A DNA stretch of 64,000 bases, from NCBI RefSeq assembly GCF_009914755.1, contig NC_060925.1. One strand, given 5' to 3'. The translations under genes were made by a program, and so were the position numbers. Shown one piece after another: positions 57,125 to 64,000 of the stretch (positions within the stretch are counted from its first letter, which is position 1; each line of letters begins with the position of its first letter). Source of the stretch: the human T2T-CHM13v2.0 reference genome, Homo sapiens. The notes under the pieces are model-generated. The model had not been told where the DNA came from. It made no database searches and saw nothing but the letters and a program-made list of their open reading frames with translations.

Positions 57125-60100
57125 TGATCTCTCTTGATAACACCACCACCCAGTATCAAATTCCCAGCTCAACACCTAACACATTTAAAGGCAGTTTGTC
57201 ATGACATACACACATTGTTGTTTAAAGAGTATTTCTTGATTTGAAGTCTCCTACCTGTAGACATAGCTGGAATGATTTAAAGCACCCTACTGAGATTTTC
57301 CAAGCTCATACCCTGCCTCCTATCTGTCACTGAGTGTGCTGTCCCAGTATTAGTGTAAGGCGCTGGGGAGAAGGACATCATGCAGTCATTTGATTTGATG
57401 TTTGGAAGTCTTTGATGGTACCTCATTAACCACAGTACAAAGTTTTGAGCTTTTAAGATTCTAACCCACCTCTCCAGTCCTCCCTCTGGCCATCATGCCC
57501 CATCTCTACCCTACTGCCTCAGCCATCCTATACTACCATGTTCTCACATACCAGGGAATGGCCCACCACTCCTGAACATGGCAGGCATGAATTCTCATGC
57601 CTCTGTACTTCTGCTTCTGCTGTTCCTTCTGCTTGGAATTTCTTCCCTTTGTTCTCTGGTCAGCAAACCCCTATTCACTCTTTAAAGCCCAATAAGATGT
57701 CTTTTCCTTTCAAAAGTACTTGCTCTTCTTCCCCTTCCTCCTGATGTTCCAACAACACATGGCATTAGCTCTCCCATAGCACTTTCCAGCAGATACTTCC
57801 ATAATATGCTGTGAGGTCCTTATGGAATAACGGCAAGCTAGAGTGCAAAGAGCATGAGCTGTGGAATCTGACAATTATTGGTTCAAATTCTGGCTCACTC
57901 ACCTCCTAGCCATGTGGCATTAGGCAAAATGTGTAATTTTCCTAAGTCTACATTTCCTCTAATATATAATGGAAACAATTGCCTGGAGACAATAATAACC
58001 CCTGTATAGCATGTCTGGAGTGAGAACTAAAAGTTATAGCATATGTAAGGTACTTAGTAGAGAGCAGGTATCAGTACATAGCAGCTATTATTGCATCCCC
58101 AGCTCTGTAATGAGGACTCAATAACTATGCTCTGAGGTTTATTCTTCTCTAGGTGCACCCTCTGAAAGGCAATTAACTTTCAAAGGAGGAGCACTTTAAG
58201 AAGGAAAACTTACCATGAATCCATCAGAAGCTAAAAATAAAGGATTATTGTCATTTCATTAATGCCTCCATATTAATTCTCATTATACTCCTATTAGGTC
58301 AGTCAGCCAAACGTGGCCCTTTTAAATAAGGCTCCAAAGGTGGGAAGACCTAGGATTGGAGGAGCTTGATCTGATATAGGGACTCACTGAGTGCCATTCA
58401 CATCTGCTGAATCAATCAGCTGTGAATTATGCATGACCCCAAACCCCCATCCCATAGAAAACTGGAACTGAGTGGGAGGAGCTTGAGGACCAGTGGATCT
58501 GAGAGTAGTATTTCTATCCATGGCAGAATAGGAAGTTTGCTCTCTTAGGAAGCAGAACAGCATTTACCTGAAAATAAAAAGTTAGATGGGAAAAGAAAAG
58601 AAAGATCAAGCAAGGAAGAAAGAGGAATTTGTGCAAAATTGTCAAGGCCTACGTAACGACATCTATGGACATTTAAGGTCTACTCAAGCTCTTTGATGTT
58701 TGGTTTATTCATTCCTTTCTACATTCATCATTCATTCAAGTCTTTATTGAACATATTCCAGATGAGGGGATAGAACATAAATATGAATTAAGTATAGTTC
58801 CTGACTTCCTGGTGTTCCCACTCTGCTGGGGAAGGCAACATACGGCTATTTTTACTGTTTGTTTTGTTTCTATCAACCATTTCCTCCATGGTTCTCCCAG
58901 CATGTGTAGTAAAGTTCTTTCCATAAATGTCAGCCTGGCACTACTATGCTAAGGACATCCAGAGAGAGGGCTGGGTTCTGCCCACACTTAAACCAGAGTT
59001 TAAAATAGGGAACACAACAGAAGTCAAAATTGAGGATTCCAGTTTCTCCCCAAGTGGGGGTTCTTAGTTTAGAGCTCTTCTCTCACCTCCGAAGGTTAGG
59101 GTATTGCTTGAACAACAGCTTTGCCTTAAGACTTTTATAGAGTATATTTTGAAAGACACTGAAAAATGAGACACGGGTTAGCGACATTTTGCTGAAACGA
59201 ATCCAAGTGGTAGAGGAAGATCCACATTTACTTGGCATCTGCTGTGTGCTAGGTATTGTGGCCATTTGCCCATCTATTTAAAAAATTATCTTCTAATGAA
59301 CTCTAATATATGAAATCTTTTGGGAGCACTATTCATATCTTCTTTAATTTTGGGGAAATAGCCACCAGGAAGAAATGTTTAGCACACGCTTGACCCCATC
59401 TTGGTTTGGAAAACAGGAAAGCCAGAGACCCATTCAGAAAAAATAAGTATGATTCTAGAATTACACTCTACTAGGTATGAAGGGAAATCATGTTAACTAA
59501 CTTTCTCAGTGGGAAGGCAGTAGGATGTTTACCTTTCTGTGTATTCACTCTATTCAATCAACAAATGTTTCCTGCATACCATCCAAGCACAGTGCCAGGC
59601 ATTAGGAAAGGTTGTCAAATAAGACACAATCTCATCCTCAAGGAGCTTGGAGCCTGGTGGAGGTGACAGTCAGACATCAAGGCTACAACACCATGTGATA
59701 ACACCATGAGAAAAGTCAGGGAAAGAAGCCGCAGCAGCACATGGGAGGGGCTGCTGATGAGATCAGGAAGGACTTCCCTGTGAAGGAACGCGGGGCAAGA
59801 AAGGAAAGGCAGCACAGTGGAGAAGACGTTTGGACAGAGAGAAGAGGCATTGTGATACCTTAGCATTCTAGTGTTTTATAAGCCACAACGCAGCAAAATA
59901 GGGCATGGGCCCTCTGCTTCACTACTTAGCACCAATGTCGTTTTTGACTTGAACATAACTCATGGATTTGTGAAAATCCATGCCATTTTTTTCCCACCAT
60001 ATCTAAGGAAAAACACTGTCTCGAAGTTTAACAGAGAAACTGGGGTTCCAGTCTTGGCTTTGCCTCTCTCTTACTGTAATTTTTGGGGGAAGACGTTAAT

Positions 60101-60399
60101 TTCTCTGAGTCTTAGCATCTTCTGCTACATAGAGCTATCACAGCTGCCTTGCGGCATTGTTGCAAGGGTTAAATGAGATAATGTGCATGCAGCGCCTAGA
60201 ACTGTATCTGCTATGCGCTTACGAGTACATGGCATTTTCTGCCACTGTTGTTATTATTACTACTACTATTATAGTCTTGAACAAAGATTAAGGTTTTATG
60301 TTAATGTCTTTGAATGCAACTGTGTCTGGAAGGAGAGATATATTAGAAGAAGGATGGACCCTCAATAAAAAGGTTTTCAATATTCTCTATTAGAAATCA

Positions 60400-61150
60400 T
60401 GAGCAATCTGACCTTGTAAAAAATAAAATGGTCTGAATTCTTTACATCCTGGCTTGGTTTCTAAAGGCAGCTAAAGTGAAATTAGAGACAAAGAGAAACA
60501 TTGCAGGGAAAGGCAGCAGCCTTAATTTCCGAGGTGAATGAGATGGATAGCTCCGGTGCCCAGCGGTAAACCTCTTAGTATTTATGAAACTGAAATTACA
60601 CCGTTCCAATAAAAGGGAAAGTTAAAGAAGGGGCACTCTACATAATGGCCTCTTGTTAGGCCTTTCTGATTACCTGGGCACTGTTTTCGTGAAAACTGCC
60701 AGCACCCAGTGTTTCAGGGCCACCATCCGCTGGGGGCAGACAAGAACCGTTTATTTAGCCAAATGAAAATTTGCACTTAAATAAAAAATACTAGTGGCGT
60801 TTGGGCTGGAGAAACAATTACCTAGACTCAACATCGCAGCTGCAAATTGCATCGGCAGTAAAAGCAAGTCGGGGGCACAGATTACACTGCTGCTGCCTGA
60901 CATCAAAGGCAGCCAGCCTTGTTTCTTCATCTGCAGTTTGAACAATATTTCTCTTTGATCTTGTACACCAAGAAGCAATGTGGGAGAGCCAGAGGGGAGG
61001 AGAGGAGGTGCTTGTATTGATGTGTAACAACATACAGCCCACTGAGGTTGCGTGGTTGAAATGCCAAGTAGGGTCAGGAAAAAATCCATTTAAACAAACA
61101 GCTGAAAACTAGGAAAAGAATTAAGACAGCACGGTTTCATTTAATCACTC
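60400..61150. promoter_or_regulatory. Repeat-free motif-dense block, candidate developmental enhancer
   Basis: CTTTGATC (TCF/LEF), two AACAAT (SOX), TAAACAAACAGCTG (FOX plus E-box), TTTATG/TAAT homeobox sites, retained CpGs. Confidence 0.35.
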
Positions 61151-62766
61151 TATCAACAAGTCTTGGGGGAGGCAGTGGCACGCCCTTGCTGTGCTAGTCA
61201 TTGGAGGGAAAAGGGAGGAGTGTGGGTGAGAAGGTCTGAGTGTGTTAGAGTCAGACTCTTGGTCGCAAGAACACTTTTGGTACTACTATGTAAACTTTTT
61301 GCATCTTATTTTTCTCCTCCGGGCCTATCATGCCAATTCCCTTTTGTTTACCAATTGGCTACCATCTGCTGGGGTTTACATTTAGTCGTTGAGATTTGGA
61401 TTCTAACTTTTCCCTATCTCCCTTTCTCTTGCCCTTAATCACAACTCTGTGACTTTCTTGGGGTGGGCATCCAGTCCTACCTTCATCCCTTAGGCCTTAT
61501 TTCCTAAATCTGAACCCTCATGCTATACTTCCATTAGGCCACCCACTACTCATTTAGGGAGGGACAATTCAGACAAGTGCAAGGTCCTTGGCTGGGCACA
61601 CCAACAAATCAGACACAGCCCAGTACAGAGTCACACAGGCAGGCAGACTAACAAGGAGGCAATTTCTCTGTCAGAGCAAGCACAGAGAAAGGATAATTTG
61701 GTACATGTCAAGGAAGCTTTCCTGGCAGAGGTGACACTTGAGCTATATTCTGAAGGGTGAGTACGAGTTCTCTAGGAAAGAGACTTATATAGTTTAGCTG
61801 AATAAGTCGGTTCAGTGCTACACACATTTATTAACCCCCTGCTTCTCCCAAAAGTGCTCCTCCTCCACATCTCACACTCTGTTACACCCTCTCCACAGCC
61901 ATGGTCCTCAGTACTTCCTGTTTGCATTAGCAATTTCCAACCTGTTTCCAACAGAGACCTACAGACTCCTTAGCCCCCTCCGGCTCCCCTGCAGGAGTTT
62001 CTAAATTCGGAGTGGGAGAGGAGGTTGTTCTGAGCCCCTCTTTCCTTCCTCTTCCAATAAAGCACTCTGTTTCGTTAGTTTTATTTATTACCCTTTTGGA
62101 TACACTTTCTTTACAACAAAAGATTCAGAGCCTATAAAATGTTTGTTAATTACAGCTTTAGATCTTAGCAGGACTTACTTAGCAGAGCCTTTGCTCCTCT
62201 GTCTAACCATGGCACAGCCCTCCCAGCTGAAACCTAGTGTAGCTCTTAGCACATCACCACCCAGAGCTCCCCACATGTGTCCCATTAAATAATTAATAAT
62301 AACATGTTTAATTTATTCACTGATTGCATTTTGTCTTTACAATGATAACCCTGTGAACTAGGCAGTATTAGCGTCATTTTGTTGATTAAGAAACTGAAGC
62401 TTAGAAAAGTTAAGCAACATCCACAAGATCACAGAGATGGCAAATCACAGACATGAGATCCATCAATGTGATATCATTACCAGGCATTACAGGCCAACTC
62501 TCCCTTCCAGACTCAGCTCCCCATAATCCTTCACTCACATCCTGCACATCAACTGCATTTTAGCTACTTCCAAATATGTCTTCTTATTCACACCATTCTG
62601 CTAAAACCAGTATCTCTGTCTGGGATTTTCACCTTAGTAACTAGCACAATTTTCTACCTATTGACCTGAGCTCAAAACTAATTACTCCTCTTACAGTCAT
62701 CCCTCTCCTCAACAACCACAAGCAGACAAGCCACCAAGTCCTATGAACTCCTGATTTTTTTTTTCT

Positions 62767-63650
62767 TTATCAGTTAGGATGCTTTGAGCTGCATTAAACA
62801 CACACACACACACAAACTAACATAGCTTAAGTAGCTTTAAGTGGTTTATTGTCTCACATCTCAAGTTTCCAAGATTGGGTAATTAAAAATTCAATGCCAT
62901 CACCGGGAGCGATGGCTCACACCTGTAATGCCAGCACTTTGGGTGGCGCAGGCGGGTGGATCACGAGGTCAGGAGTTCAAGACCAGCTTGGCCAAGATGG
63001 TGAAACCCTGTCTCTACTAAAAATACAAAAAAATAGGTGGGTGTGGTGGTGGGCACCTGTAATCCCAGCTACTTGGAAGGCTGAGGCAGAGAATTGCTTG
63101 AACCCAGCAGGGGCATTGCAGCGAGTCAAGATCGCACCACTGTACTCCAGCCTGGGTGACAGAGCAAGACTCCGTCTCAAAAAAAAAAAAAAAAATTTAA
63201 TGCCACTTTCAAGGTAAGTTCTTTCCATGCCCAGGGGCTTTGCTTCTCCTCTTCAGCTGATCCCCTCATAGATCAGAGATGACCATCACATTCCTGGGCT
63301 GGTTTCTTCCCTCAAGCACAACTGGAGGCTAAAAAGGTGAGTTTCTCCTTGCCCATCTCTTTTTAAGAATTAGAAAACACCTTCCCTAAAGTTCAACCCC
63401 CACTCCCCAGCAGACTTCCAGGTCCTTTCATGGGCCAGGATTGTATCACATGCCTTTCTTAATCAAAACACTGGCAAAGGAAAGAGAGTGGCCGTAACTA
63501 AAATAAACAAATCACTCCATGATCTGGGGAGGGCTCCTTGCTTGAATATACGTCTAAGTAGAGAGTAGGTGCTCAAATAAAATCAGGTCTCTGTCAGCAA
63601 AAAGAGGTGGGGAGGGTGATGGTTTGGATAGTGGCCAACAGTGTCTGCTA
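62767..63650 (-). mobile_element. Old MLT1 (K/L-like) LTR interrupted by an Alu
   Basis: TATCAGTTAGGATGCTTTGAGCTGCA reverse terminus; GGCCAGGATTGTATCACATGCC motif. Confidence 0.55.
62901..63195 (+). mobile_element. AluS (Sg-like)
   Basis: Alu dimer; A-tail; TSD AAAATTYAATGCCA on both sides. Confidence 0.94.
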
Positions 63651-64000
63651 CCATCTCTCATAGCCATCCACCGTGCCATTCCTCAGACAAGTCAACTGCT
63701 ACCCTCACCTAGATGAAGTTTCTAACTGCACTCTACTCCCAGTTTGGTTTCTTCTAATCAAACAATCACTCTGCAGCCAGAGTAACGTTTGCATAATACA
63801 AATACAATTACATATTGTCTCTATTTAAATATTTTAATGGTTCACTATTGGAATAAAGCCTAAACACTTTTAGAGTGCCACACAAACTTCCCCTAGCCCC
63901 GAGCCTTAGCTGCCTCCCATTTTATGCTCTCCCATTTTGCTGGGAGCGCCAGACTACCCTTTTTCGACTGATGAACTATACTCGTCACTCAAAACCCCAC

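Noticed and set aside
60722-60740. CTCF-like CCGCTGGGGGCAG (also TGGCCACCAGGAG near 53682)
   Set aside because: Core spacing or key GGC positions do not match, so these are much weaker than the 18.3-kb site.

Overview
This is non-coding primate genomic DNA, almost certainly human: it carries an AluYa5 with all five diagnostic bases and low CpG content. About half appears to be interspersed repeats (10 Alus, a 5'-truncated L1PA, MaLR/ERVL LTRs, MER DNA transposons, many L2/MIR relics). There are two processed retrocopies on the minus strand, each with a poly(A) remnant and target-site duplication (TSD). One is a disabled HNRNPA1 copy that retains the alternative exon 7B (A1-B isoform). The other is a young RPS26 copy with an intact 115-aa ORF and 5' TOP tract. 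From memory, this pair corresponds to HNRNPA1P6 and RPS26P15 in a large 5'-UTR intron of DAB1 (chr1p32, minus strand). That is recall, not a search result, and needs BLAT. No host-gene coding exon is visible. Strong + strand splice sites between about 31 and 51 kb suggest a spliced lncRNA. There is also a strong CTCF motif at 18.3 kb and several repeat-free, motif-rich blocks that may be enhancers. I found no evidence for a new multi-gene system. The best leads are the exon-7B retrocopy, the intact RPS26 retro-ORF and the candidate lncRNA. Repeat subfamily names were assigned by eye, and the boundaries of old repeats are approximate.
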